A stretch of 64,000 nucleotides of DNA from an uncultured delta proteobacterium. GTDB lineage: Bacteria; Myxococcota_A; Polyangia; Haliangiales; Haliangiaceae. Where the stretch lies: positions 1,568,001 through 1,632,000 of the forward strand of contig CAWKDB010000010.1 in assembly GCA_963848295.1 (NCBI GenBank), in the 5' to 3' direction. The notes under the pieces were generated by a model, which had not been told where the DNA came from, made no database searches, and saw only the letters and a list, made by a program, of their open reading frames with translations. The position numbers and the translations under genes are program-made. Below are positions 33,398-42,875 of this stretch, piece by piece. Each line of letters opens with the position of its first letter. The first letter of the stretch is position 1.

Positions 33398-35786
33398 GTG
33401 GTCGAGGATGTCGCGAGCGCCGACGCCGTCGCCGAGCTAGAGCGTCAAGCGCGCCGGCTCGATACCGCATATAGCGTCATCCAGGCGGTCCACGAAGAGC
33501 TCGCGCTCGATCACATGGTGGCATCGATCGCCCAGCAGCTCGTCGAGGTCGCCGGATTCAGCGGCGCCGAGATCCGGCTGAACGCCGACTTCGACGGGTT
33601 TCATGTCGAACAATCGGCGTCCGCAGGTACTCCTCCGGCGACGCAGAGCTGACGCGGGTCACACCGATCTTCATCCGCGGCACCGAGATCGGGACGATCG
33701 TGACGCACTTCCGCTCGGTCGACGCGATGGGCGAGCAGTCCGAGCTCCTCGAGTTCGTGCTGCCGACTCTGTCCTCGGCATCGATCACGCGGTGTCGTTC
33801 GCCGAGGTGCTCGACTACCGGGCCACGCTGGAGAAGCGCGTCGAGGAACGCACCGCCGAGCTCCACGAGGCCCATGTCCAGCTCGAGCACACGATCGAAG
33901 ACCTTCGCGAGACCAGGCTGTCGCGCGACCGATTCTTCGCGAACATCAACCACGAGATCCGCACGCCGCTGACGCTGATCCAACTTGCCGCCGAGGCGGT
34001 GACGCTGTCACGTGAGGCGACGCCGATGGTGCGCGAACGCGGCGAGGAGATCCACACCGCAACCCGGCGGTTGCTGCATCTCGTCAACAGCTTGCTCCAG
34101 CTCGCCGCCGGTCACGAAGGCAAGCTCCAGGTCAAGCCGCGCGCGGTCGACGCCGCGGCGAACGTGCGCAACCTCGTCGCGAGCTGGAACACCGCTGCCA
34201 GCCACGCGCGCATCGAGCTCGCGTTCGACGGGCCCGAGCACTGCCCCGCGTCACTCGATGAAGCGGCGCTCGACACCGTCGTCGGCAACTTGGTGTCGAA
34301 CGCGGTGAAGTTCACCCCGCCCGGTGGGCGCGTCACCACGTCGATGCGCGCGACCGACAGCGAGATCACGATCGGCGTCCGCGACACAGGCGTCGGCATC
34401 GATCCCGAGTTCATCCCGAAGCTGTTCGGTAGGTTCGAACGGTCGACCAGCACCTCGGGGATTCGCGGCAGCGGCATCGGCCTCGCGCTCGCGAAAGATC
34501 TGGTCGAGCTGCAGGGCGGCACGCTGGCGGTGTTCCGCCACGAGGATCCTCGGGGCACCGAGTTCGTGCTGACGCTGCCGCGTCATCAACCGATCGCGGC
34601 GGTGATCGCGGACCCGAGCAGCGCACCGCAGCGCCGACCGATTCCGCTGACCCCGACGACGCCACAGCCGGACGTCGAAGTGAGCGTCCGCGCACCCGCC
34701 CCGATCGCGCCGGAGCATGCGGCAGCGACGATCGTGCTCGCCGAGGATGACGCCGGGCTCGCCCGTCAGGTCGCCAACATCCTGTCGGAACACTACCGCG
34801 TGTTGGTCGCTAGCAACGGCAGGGATGCGCTCGAGCTCGCGAGAAAACATCGCCCGGACTTGCTCGTTACCGACCTCGACATGCCGGAGATGGACGGCAT
34901 CGAGCTGACCAAGCAGTTCGTCGCGATCGAGGGGATGGCGTTGTCGCCGGTGTTGATCGTGAGCGCTCACTCCGGGCTCGGCGAGCGGCTCGCGGGGTTC
35001 GAGGCCGGTGCGGTGGACTACGTCACGAAGCCATTCTCGGCCGAGGAGCTGCTCGCCCGCATTCGCTCCCAGCTCGCGATGCGCAAGCTCGCGCTTCGGC
35101 TACACGAGAACGAGAAGCTCGCGGCGATGGGCATCATGTCGGCCGGGCTCGCGCACGAGCTGCGCAATCCGGCGAACGCGATCGTCAACGCGCTCGACCC
35201 GCTGCTGTCGCTGCTGCCCGAGGCTCAACGCCAGCCGGGATCGGCCGGCAAGTTGCTATCGCAAGTGCTGACCACCGCCGGCACTCAGCTGCGCGATCGC
35301 TGCCGCAGCATCCTCGACCTGTCGCGCACCGGCAAGTTCGACCGAAAGCCGGAGGCGCTCGCCCCCTTGATCGCGCGGTCGCGGCTCGTGCTCCGCACCC
35401 AGCTCGCCGAGATCACCGTGGTCGAGACCGCCAACGTGCAACCGGCGTCGTGTTCCGGATCCATGATCGAACAGATCCTGGTCAACCTGCTCGATAACGC
35501 CGCGTACGCTGCCGGGCGCGGCGGCACGATCTGGATCGAGGCGCGCGACGAAGGCGATCTCGCGGTGGTCGAGATCAGGGACAGCGGCGCCGGCGTGCCT
35601 CCGGCGCTACGCCAACGGATCTTCGAGCCGTTCTACACGACGAAGCCCGTGGGCATCGGCACCGGCTTGGGCTTGAGCGTGTCGCGCCGGATCGCGCTCG
35701 ATCACGGTGGCGACCTTCGCATCGTCGCGCGCGGCGACGACACCGTGTTCAGGCTCGAGCTACCACGTCAGCAACGCGCGAGTTGA
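33398..35786 (+). CDS. Hybrid kinase GAF-like-HisKA-HATPase-REC-HisKA-HATPase, two -1 frameshifts (about 33636, 33773)
   Basis: FFANINHEIRTPL, NLVSNAVKFT, receiver AEDD/TDLDMP, second LAHELRNP, NLLDNA, PFYTTK. Confidence 0.85.
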
Positions 35787-37125
35787 GCGCCGCCCCCGGG
35801 CCGATCCGCGGAGCTGGTGCCGCGCGTACGACCAAGCCTTTGCTCGGGGTCAGGAACGCGCCGCGCCAGCTCGGCACGACCTCGCGCTGGACGATCTCGA
35901 GCGAGAACCGCTCGATCATCGACGCGAGCACGAGCTTGATCTCGAACATCGCGAACGGCATGCCGAGGCAGCGCCGCGTCCCGCCGCCGAACGGCACGGA
36001 CTCGTACGGCGAGTACTTCGCGGTCATGAACCGCTCGGGCCAGAACTCGCCGGCGCGCTCGAACACCTGTGGCTTGCGGTGGACGGCGTGAAACGCGACG
36101 CTGACCATCGCGCCGGCAGGAACGCGATATCCGCCGAGCGTGAAGTCGCGCTTGACGATCCGGCCGCTGCCGTTCGGGATCATCGAGTAGTAGCGCAGCG
36201 ACTCGCGGATCACGGCGTCCATGTACGGCAGCTCGCCGCCGACGCCGTTCGGGCTCGCCGCGAGCTCGGCGCGCAGCTTCGCGAGCACGCTCGGCCGGCT
36301 GAACACCGCGTAGCTCAGCCATGTGAGCGACATCGCGGTGGTCTCGTGACCGGCGGCCACGATCGTCATGATCTCGTCGCGGACCTCGTCGTCCGAGAGC
36401 GGCGAGCCGTCGTCGTGGCGCGCCGCGAGCAAGAGGCCGGTGATGTCGTTCTGTTCGGTCAGGTCGGCGCGGCGCCGGCGGATCTCGGTCTCGACCGCCG
36501 CCCGCGCAGCGGCGACGACGCGCAGCACCCGACCCCACGGACTGAGCGCACCGAGATCGCGTTGCAACGCCGGGAACATCAGCAAGCGCGACGTCACCGC
36601 GCGGTTCGCGAAGTTGCGCAACGCCTCGAGCAGCTCGCCGACCAGCCGCGGTGGCGTCGCCGAGAACAGCGCGCGCCCGATCACATCGAACGCGATGCGA
36701 TGCATGTATGGATGGAGCGCGAACGTGCCGCCCTTCGGCATCGCGTCGAGCGTGCGCTCGCAGGCATCGAGCATGACCGGCCGAAACCCTTCCATCATCT
36801 CGCCGCGAAACCGGGGCAGCATCAGCCGGCGGCGCTTGAGGTGCGCCGGACCGTCGAGCAACAGCGTCGACGACTGGCCGAGCAGCTTGCCGAAGATCTT
36901 GATCTTCGCCTCGCCCGCGACCAGCGTGTCCTCGCCGGAGGTGTAGACCTCTTTCGCGAGCTCGGGCGAGCACACGAACACCATGCCGTGATTGACGAGC
37001 TTGATCGAGAACACATCGCCGTAGCGACGCTGGCACTGCTCGATGTAGCCGATCGGATCGCGCATGTAGCGGATGCGCTGGACCAGCGGCGAGTCGGTGG
37101 GGCCGGGGACGGCGATGGGCGACAT
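35749..37125 (-). CDS. Cytochrome P450
   Basis: AAGHETT I-helix, ESLR, FWPERF, PFGGGTRRCLG heme motif; start MSPIAVPGP. Confidence 0.95.
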   Translation of the reverse strand: MSPIAVPGPTDSPLVQRIRYMRDPIGYIEQCQRRYGDVFSIKLVNHGMVFVCSPELAKEVYTSGEDTLVAGEAKIKIFGKLLGQSSTLLLDGPAHLKRRRLMLPRFRGEMMEGFRPVMLDACERTLDAMPKGGTFALHPYMHRIAFDVIGRALFSATPPRLVGELLEALRNFANRAVTSRLLMFPALQRDLGALSPWGRVLRVVAAARAAVETEIRRRRADLTEQNDITGLLLAARHDDGSPLSDDEVRDEIMTIVAAGHETTAMSLTWLSYAVFSRPSVLAKLRAELAASPNGVGGELPYMDAVIRESLRYYSMIPNGSGRIVKRDFTLGGYRVPAGAMVSVAFHAVHRKPQVFERAGEFWPERFMTAKYSPYESVPFGGGTRRCLGMPFAMFEIKLVLASMIERFSLEIVQREVVPSWRGAFLTPSKGLVVRAAPAPRIGPGAALNSRVADVVARA

Positions 37126-37136
37126 GATGACTCCGA

Positions 37137-39281
37137 TTAGTTCGCGATCGACAAGTGACGCGCCGATGCCGGGCGCGCGGGCGTGTGGACCGGTGCATTC
37201 GAGATCATCGTCGCGACGCGATCTTGCTTGACCATCGCGATGTCCTGATCGATGTGGACATCGAAGATCACCGGTCCGGTGACCTGCCGCATCATCCAGG
37301 TCGCGGCGCGAAACTGAGCGACGCTCGTGATCTTCATCGTCTGCGCACCGAGGCCGCGCGCGACCGAGCACACGTCGAGCGGTGCGGTCGAATACTTGGG
37401 ACGGCGGCCGTAGACCGTCTCGTGGCCGCGCTCGACCATGCCGAGGCGCGCGTCGTTGAACACGAACACGCGGATCGGCAGCTGCTCTTGCACTGCGGTC
37501 GCGATCTCGAACGCGTTCATCGCGAAGCAGCCATCGCCGCAGATCGCGGTGACCGTGCGGTCGGGGTGCGCGAGCTGTGCGCCGATCGCCGCGCCGATCG
37601 ATTGGCCCATCGAGCCGAGTCCGGTCATCACGATGAACGAGTCGGGCAGGGCGATCTCGAGGTACTGCACGGCGAACAGGAAGTGCTCGCCGGAGTCGAT
37701 GGTGTAGATCGTGTCCGCCGGCAAGAGGCTTTGTATGTTCGCGGATCGCGTCATGCGGCGCCGACCTTGTCGGTGCGCAGCGAGGCCGGCAGCACGTGAC
37801 GCTCGACGCCGTAGACGCCCGGCTTCGGCACGCTGCCGTCGAGCATGTCGGCGAGCCCACCGAGGAGCTCGGCTGCCGATGCGACGACCGCGTGAGTCGG
37901 CGTGTAGCTCTTGCCGATCTGACGGGCGTCGATGTCGATGTGAACGAGCGCGCGCGTGCCTTGCAGCTGCGGCGCGAACCCGTCGGTCGACATGTCGCCG
38001 AGGCTCGTGCCGATCGCGATCACGACATCGACGTCGCTGTCGAGGTACTTGCGCGCCGACGGATGCCCGCCGAGCCCGAGCACGCCGAGCGCGAGCGGAT
38101 GATCTTCGGGGAACACGCCCTTGGCCTTCGGCGTCGTCGCGACCGGGCAACCGAAGCGCTCGGCCACCGTGCGCAGCCGCGCCGGCGCGCCGTCTCCGCG
38201 CACGCCGCTGCCCGCGAGGATCAGCGGCCGCTTCGCGCCGCGGACCAGCTCGATGAGCTCTTCGAGGATCTCCGGCGCGACGTGCTCGCCGAACGTGACC
38301 GAGCCGCCGACGCGCGGCATCGAGGTCTGCGCGGTCGTCACGTCGATCGGCAGCGTCAGCATCACCGGACCCTTGCGGCCCGAGCAGCGCCGTCGCGATC
38401 GCACGGCGCAGCAGGTGCGGCAGCGCGCTCGGCCGCGGCACCTCGGCCGACAGCTTCGTGACGTGGCGCGCCATCTCGACGAGCTGGAGCCCGTGCGCCG
38501 AGCCGTCTTGCAAGACGCCCTTGCCATGCGCGAGGCGAGCGACCTCGCCGACGAGCAACAACACCGGCAAGCCGTCGCACCAGGCCGAGGCGAGGCCGGT
38601 CATCGAGTTGAGCGCACCCGGACCGGACGTGACGGCGACGACGCCGAGCTTGCCGGTCGCGCGCGCGTAGGCCGCCGCCGCGAACATCGCTCCGCTCTCG
38701 TGCCGGGTCGTGACGACGCGGATGTTCGTGTCCATCAACGCATCGTGGATCGGCGAGATCGCACCGCCGGGCAGGCCGAACACGACCTCGACACCGGCGT
38801 CGACGAGCATGTTGACGACCAGGTTCGCACCGCGGAGCTGCACCGGCTTTGCCGCCGGCACTTCGTCGAACTCGCCGGTCTGCTCGACCTCGAACTCGCT
38901 CGGGGTCGCGTGCGCCGCGACCGAGGCGACGAGCGCCTTGACGTCGAACGGCTTCGACACCACGCAGCGCGCTCCCGCGGCGCGGGCGACGTCTTCGAGG
39001 TCCGGCGCGACCACCGCGGTCGCGAGCACGATGTCGATATCGCGAGTCTCGGGGTTTGCCTTGATCCGGCGGCACGCTTCGATGCCATCGAGGCCCGGCA
39101 TGAACACGTCCATCACGATCAGGTCGGGTTTCGCGAGGCCGACTTGCAGCATCGCGTCGACTCCGTTGTCTGCGAACCGCGCATCGACCAGCTGCTGACC
39201 CCGCAACACCCGCTCCACCGCCCGGAGTTGTGACGCGTCGTCATCGACGACGAGTAGACGAGTTGTACCAGTGGAAAGCAT
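37137..39281 (-). CDS. Receiver domain fused to an acetolactate-synthase-like ThDP-dependent enzyme, three +1 frameshifts (about 38384, 37762, 37737)
   Basis: LLVVDDD/MDVFMP/KPF receiver; VFGLPGG, RHESGA, TSGPG, GSMG, GDGCF..FND. Confidence 0.85.
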   Translation of the reverse strand: MLSTGTTRLLVVDDDASQLRAVERVLRGQQLVDARFADNGVDAMLQVGLAKPDLIVMDVFMPGLDGIEACRRIKANPETRDIDIVLATAVVAPDLEDVARAAGARCVVSKPFDVKALVASVAAHATPSEFEVEQTGEFDEVPAAKPVQLRGANLVVNMLVDAGVEVVFGLPGGAISPIHDALMDTNIRVVTTRHESGAMFAAAAYARATGKLGVVAVTSGPGALNSMTGLASAWCDGLPVLLLVGEVARLAHGKGVLQDGSAHGLQLVEMARHVTKLSAEVPRPSALPHLLRRAIATALLGPQGSGDADAADRRDDRADLDAARRRLGHVRRARRAGDPRRAHRAGPRREAAADPRGQRRARRRRAGAAAHGGRALRLPGRDDAEGQGRVPRRSSARARRARARRASVGAQVPRQRRRCRDRDRHEPRRHVDRRVRAAAARHARARSHRHRRPSDRQELHADSRGRRIGSRAPRWARRHARRQRAEAGRLRRRASRAAGLAAHRQGRRRMTRSANIQSLLPADTIYTIDSGEHFLFAVQYLEIALPDSFIVMTGLGSMGQSIGAAIGAQLAHPDRTVTAICGDGCFAMNAFEIATAVQEQLPIRVFVFNDARLGMVERGHETVYGRRPKYSTAPLDVCSVARGLGAQTMKITSVAQFRAATWMMRQVTGPVIFDVHIDQDIAMVKQDRVATMISNAPVHTPARPASARHLSIAN

Positions 39282-39319
39282 CGCGGCCTTATACTCCGAA
39301 GGAGGTTGGCGGCGCGCTA

Positions 39320-40783
39320 CTACTTGGTGAGCCTTCGAACAGCGCGTCGCAGCTCGCCTACATCGAACGGCTTCTCGAAATATATAGGGCCGAGATTCGC
39401 CAGTGCGCGAGCGGCCGCCGGGTCGCCCGCGGTGACGAGAATGAACCGAGGTACGTGATGCGGCGACCGGACTTGCAGGTCCCGGACGAGCTCGATCCCA
39501 CTCATTCCAGGCATCTGGACGTCGCACACGACCGCGGCGAATTGCTCTCCCGAGATGAACCGTTGTAACGCCGAGACCGCTGAGTGCTCGACGACGACCT
39601 CGTAGTCCCGCGCCAGCAGCCTGCGCAGCGAGGTGGCGACGATGACGTCGTCGTCGACCACTAGCACGCGGGCCCGCCGGCCGAGCGCGGTCGGTCCGGA
39701 ATCTGCCTCATCGGAGCTCCCTGGCCCGCTCGGCGCATCCTCGGTCGGCCACGTGATCCGGACCCGATGACCGGCATCGAGCTCGAACGTGATGGTGCCG
39801 CCGATCGAGCGCACGATCTCCCTGAACAACGCGAGCTCGACGCCGAGCGCGCCCGTCGGGTCGACCACCGGGCCGACGTTCGGGCCGGTCGCATGGAGCT
39901 CGACGAGCGCCCATCCAGCGGAATCGACGCGGGTCGCGATCGCGAGTTGGCCGAGCTCGGGCCCACCGGGCTGGAACGCGCGCGCGATGTAGACCAGCAG
40001 CTTGACGAACAACGTCGCGATCCGCGCTTCGTTCGCGGTCAGCTCGGGGAGCGGCGCGAAGTGCGTGACGACGCGCGCCCGATCGAACAGCTGGAAGTCG
40101 ATGAGATCGATCGTGTCGCGCAGCGCGCGCACGACGTTCACTCGAGCCACCACATTGGGCGCGCGAGCGAAGGCGCCGAGGGCGCTCACGACCCGCTTGA
40201 TCCGCTCCACGCCGGACCGGGCATCGCGCATCATCGCGGAGACTTCGCTCGCGTCGAGCTTGGCGCCGGATCCGCTCAGGCCGTCGAGCATCTCGAGGTT
40301 CGCGGCGAGAAACGCGAGCGGGTTGTTGATGCCGTGGACGACGCCGGACGCGACATGCGATAGCGATGACATTCGCTCCGCCAGCGCCAGGCTCGCCGCG
40401 CGTTCGTTGCGCGCGGTCAGATCGCGCGCGATCGTCACCATGCCGACGCTCGCGCCGCTGTCGTCACGCAACGGCACCGACGCGAGCTCGACGTCGACGA
40501 TCGCGCCATCCTTGTTGAGCCAGCGCGTCTCGAACGGGCCGCAGTGCGAGCCGCGCGCGATCCGCTCGCGTCGGATCCGAGCTTCGCTGCGATCGTGCGC
40601 CGGGACGATCAGCTCGCTCGACCGGCCGACCATCTCGTCGCCGGTGTAACCGACGAGATGCTCCGCCCCGCGACTCCATCGCGTGATCGTGCCCTCGAGC
40701 GTCTCGTAGACGATCGCGTCCGGCGAGGCCTCTTCCAGGGCGAGCAGACGATGGTCGACGAGTGGGGTCGTATCGCTCGACAT
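39320..40783 (-). CDS. PAS-HisKA-degenerate HATPase-REC protein
   Basis: PAS/PAC, VHGINNPL H-box, degenerate N/G boxes, intact C-terminal receiver. Confidence 0.8.
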   Translation of the reverse strand: MSSDTTPLVDHRLLALEEASPDAIVYETLEGTITRWSRGAEHLVGYTGDEMVGRSSELIVPAHDRSEARIRRERIARGSHCGPFETRWLNKDGAIVDVELASVPLRDDSGASVGMVTIARDLTARNERAASLALAERMSSLSHVASGVVHGINNPLAFLAANLEMLDGLSGSGAKLDASEVSAMMRDARSGVERIKRVVSALGAFARAPNVVARVNVVRALRDTIDLIDFQLFDRARVVTHFAPLPELTANEARIATLFVKLLVYIARAFQPGGPELGQLAIATRVDSAGWALVELHATGPNVGPVVDPTGALGVELALFREIVRSIGGTITFELDAGHRVRITWPTEDAPSGPGSSDEADSGPTALGRRARVLVVDDDVIVATSLRRLLARDYEVVVEHSAVSALQRFISGEQFAAVVCDVQMPGMSGIELVRDLQVRSPHHVPRFILVTAGDPAAARALANLGPIYFEKPFDVGELRRAVRRLTK

Positions 40784-40916
40784 GGTGCGGCGTGCACGAG
40801 ACCGATATAGCTTTTTACTCTGGTCGTGTTGCTCGGCGCAATGCTGAGGCTTCATCACGACGCGATGAGGCGATCGCTCCCGGACCGGGGTGTAGGTGGA
40901 CCTGGGTAGAGCGCGA

Positions 40917-41903
40917 CTAGGTCTTGTGCCGGAGCCAGCGATGCAGCGTCGACGGGTCGATCCCGAGCTGTTGCGCTGCTTTCGTCTTGTTGTGATCGCA
41001 GCGCTCGAGCACCCACGCGACGTACTCGGCCTCGACCTCGCGGAGTGTGGCCCGGCGCTCGCGCGGTAGCTCGTAGCGCTCGGTGCCATGGTCTCGGACG
41101 ACGTACGGCACGAAGCGCGCGATATCGGCGGCCGACAGCTCGCGGGTGCCGCCGAACACGGTGAGGCGTTCGATCAGATTCTCGAGCTCCCGGACGTTAC
41201 CGGGCCAGGCGTAGCGGCTGAGTAGCGGGACGACGTCCGGCGCCAACTGTTCGACCGTCGCGCGCGGATTGCGCGTTCGCGCCCGATCGAAGAAGTGCGC
41301 GACGAGGGCCGGGAGATCCTGGGGGCGCGCCCGCAGCGGTGGGACGGCGATCGGCACGACGTCGAGGCGATAGAACAGATCCGCCCGGAACTGGCCGGTG
41401 CGGATTCGCTCCTCGAGATCGCGATTCGTCGCGGCGATCACGCGGACGTCGACGTGGCGAGCACGATCGGCGCCGACCGCGCGCACCTCGCCGTCCTGGA
41501 GCACGCGCAGCAACTTCGCTTGCAACGTCGACGGCATGTCGCCGACCTCGTCGAGGAACAGCGTGCCGCCGCTCGCCTCCGCGAACAGCCCGTCGCGGCC
41601 GCCGACCGCGCCCGTGAACGCGCCGCGAGCGTGACCGAACAACTCGGTCTCGACGAGCGCTTCCGGCATCGCGGTGCAGTTGATCGCCACGAACGGTCCG
41701 GCTCGGCGCGGGCTCGCGTCGTGGATCGCACGCGCGACGAGCTCCTTGCCGGTGCCGCTCTCGCCGCGGATCAACACCGGCGCAGGCGACGGGGCGACGC
41801 ACTCGATGAGCCGAACGAGCTCCGCGATCGCATCGCTCGTGCCGACGAGTCGCGGTGTGGTTGCCGGGGAAATGTCGAAGCTATAGTCGGGCGCGGAACG
41901 CAT
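40917..41903 (-). CDS. Sigma54 enhancer-binding protein lacking an N-terminal sensory domain (AAA+-Fis HTH)
   Basis: [43 protein letters not shown]; only about 18 aa before the AAA+ domain. Confidence 0.9.
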   Translation of the reverse strand: MRSAPDYSFDISPATTPRLVGTSDAIAELVRLIECVAPSPAPVLIRGESGTGKELVARAIHDASPRRAGPFVAINCTAMPEALVETELFGHARGAFTGAVGGRDGLFAEASGGTLFLDEVGDMPSTLQAKLLRVLQDGEVRAVGADRARHVDVRVIAATNRDLEERIRTGQFRADLFYRLDVVPIAVPPLRARPQDLPALVAHFFDRARTRNPRATVEQLAPDVVPLLSRYAWPGNVRELENLIERLTVFGGTRELSAADIARFVPYVVRDHGTERYELPRERRATLREVEAEYVAWVLERCDHNKTKAAQQLGIDPSTLHRWLRHKT

Positions 41904-41986
41904 GATGCACCTGGCCGGCTTTGCGGAGAGCGAGCGTCGACCGTGGAGCGGCGACGTCGCGGTTGATCGATTCGAGCTGCGAACGA

Positions 41987-42283
41987 TCAGCCGACCGGGG
42001 GGCCGCGAGATGAACGAACCGATGCACCGCAATCCTCGACGGTGATCGCACGCCGATCGAGCTGGATGCATGACGTGTGGCGAGTGACATCCGGGCCGGC
42101 CGACACCGACGCGGTGACGAACGGAGCGACTCGAGCCGACGTGCGCGCGCGGTGGACCGCGTGGAGGTGCGGTGACGACGGTCCGTGGAGCTGCTGGACG
42201 TGATCGACGCGATCGACCATCGAATGGCCGGTCCCGGCCGCCACGAGGCAGCAGGCGATCACGAAGGCCCAGACCGATCGCAT
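41987..42283 (-). CDS. His-rich small protein with signal/TM N-terminus and C-terminal RGPP (candidate arrest peptide)
   Basis: MRSVWAFVIACCLVAAG..7 His..SSRGPPVG-stop. Confidence 0.6.
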   Translation of the reverse strand: MRSVWAFVIACCLVAAGTGHSMVDRVDHVQQLHGPSSPHLHAVHRARTSARVAPFVTASVSAGPDVTRHTSCIQLDRRAITVEDCGASVRSSRGPPVG

Positions 42284-42393
42284 CGATATATTCGTAGCAC
42301 GCGACCACGGCGCGCGCGTGCACGATGCGTGGCTGCGTCTCGCAGATTGCAAGACCTCGCGGCGATGTCCGCGATTCGCCTACGCATGCGCGC

Positions 42394-42409
42394 TGGCGTG
42401 ACGCGTGCA
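42394..42409 (+). promoter_or_regulatory. Sigma54 -24/-12 promoter
   Basis: TGGCGTGACGCGTGCA; 14 nt from the -12 C to ATG 42423. Confidence 0.6.
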
Positions 42410-42422
42410 AATCCGTGGTCGC

Positions 42423-42875
42423 ATGCAAGATCACCTCGATTCGGAGCAGGCGTTCGACGACGAACCGACTCGGCCGATCGAGCCGCGACCGGCGCGGGTG
42501 TTGATCGCCGAAGATGATCCGGCGCTGCGCGCGCTGATGGTGTCTCGCCTCCGCGCCGATGGCTGCGAGGTGATCGAGGTGCGCTCGGGCGATCAGGCAC
42601 TCGATGCGCTGACCGACGCCGCGATCGACGCCGACCATCGCTCGCTGTCGCTCGTCGTGCTCGATCATCGCATGCCCGGGCTCACCGGCATGGAGGTGTC
42701 GTATCTCGTACGCGCCTGGGGCATGAAGATGCCCGTCCTGCTCGTCACCGCGTATCCCGACCCGGAGATCTTCGACGAAGCCGACCTGTTGAACGTGCGA
42801 GTGCTGGCGAAACCGTTCGCCTTCACCCAACTGAGCCGGATCGCGGCGGCCGCGATCGATCGTCGACCATCGTGA
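42423..42875 (+). CDS. Single-domain response regulator
   Basis: VLIAEDD, VVLDHRMPG, VTAY, AKPF. Confidence 0.88.
   Translation: MQDHLDSEQAFDDEPTRPIEPRPARVLIAEDDPALRALMVSRLRADGCEVIEVRSGDQALDALTDAAIDADHRSLSLVVLDHRMPGLTGMEVSYLVRAWGMKMPVLLVTAYPDPEIFDEADLLNVRVLAKPFAFTQLSRIAAAAIDRRPS

Noticed and set aside
35749..37860. 703-aa P450 with a long N-terminal extension
   Set aside because: The extension overlaps the ThDP gene in another frame; the real P450 starts at 37125.
30845..38384. Programmed frameshifting or phase variation as the cause of split genes
   Set aside because: No slippery sequences or long homopolymers; several scattered indels per gene fit sequencing error better.
41935..41972. 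ATCGATCAACCGC on the minus strand resembling the start of the 57-bp repeat
   Set aside because: Similarity is limited to about 12 nt; neither hairpin nor the 57-nt period is preserved.
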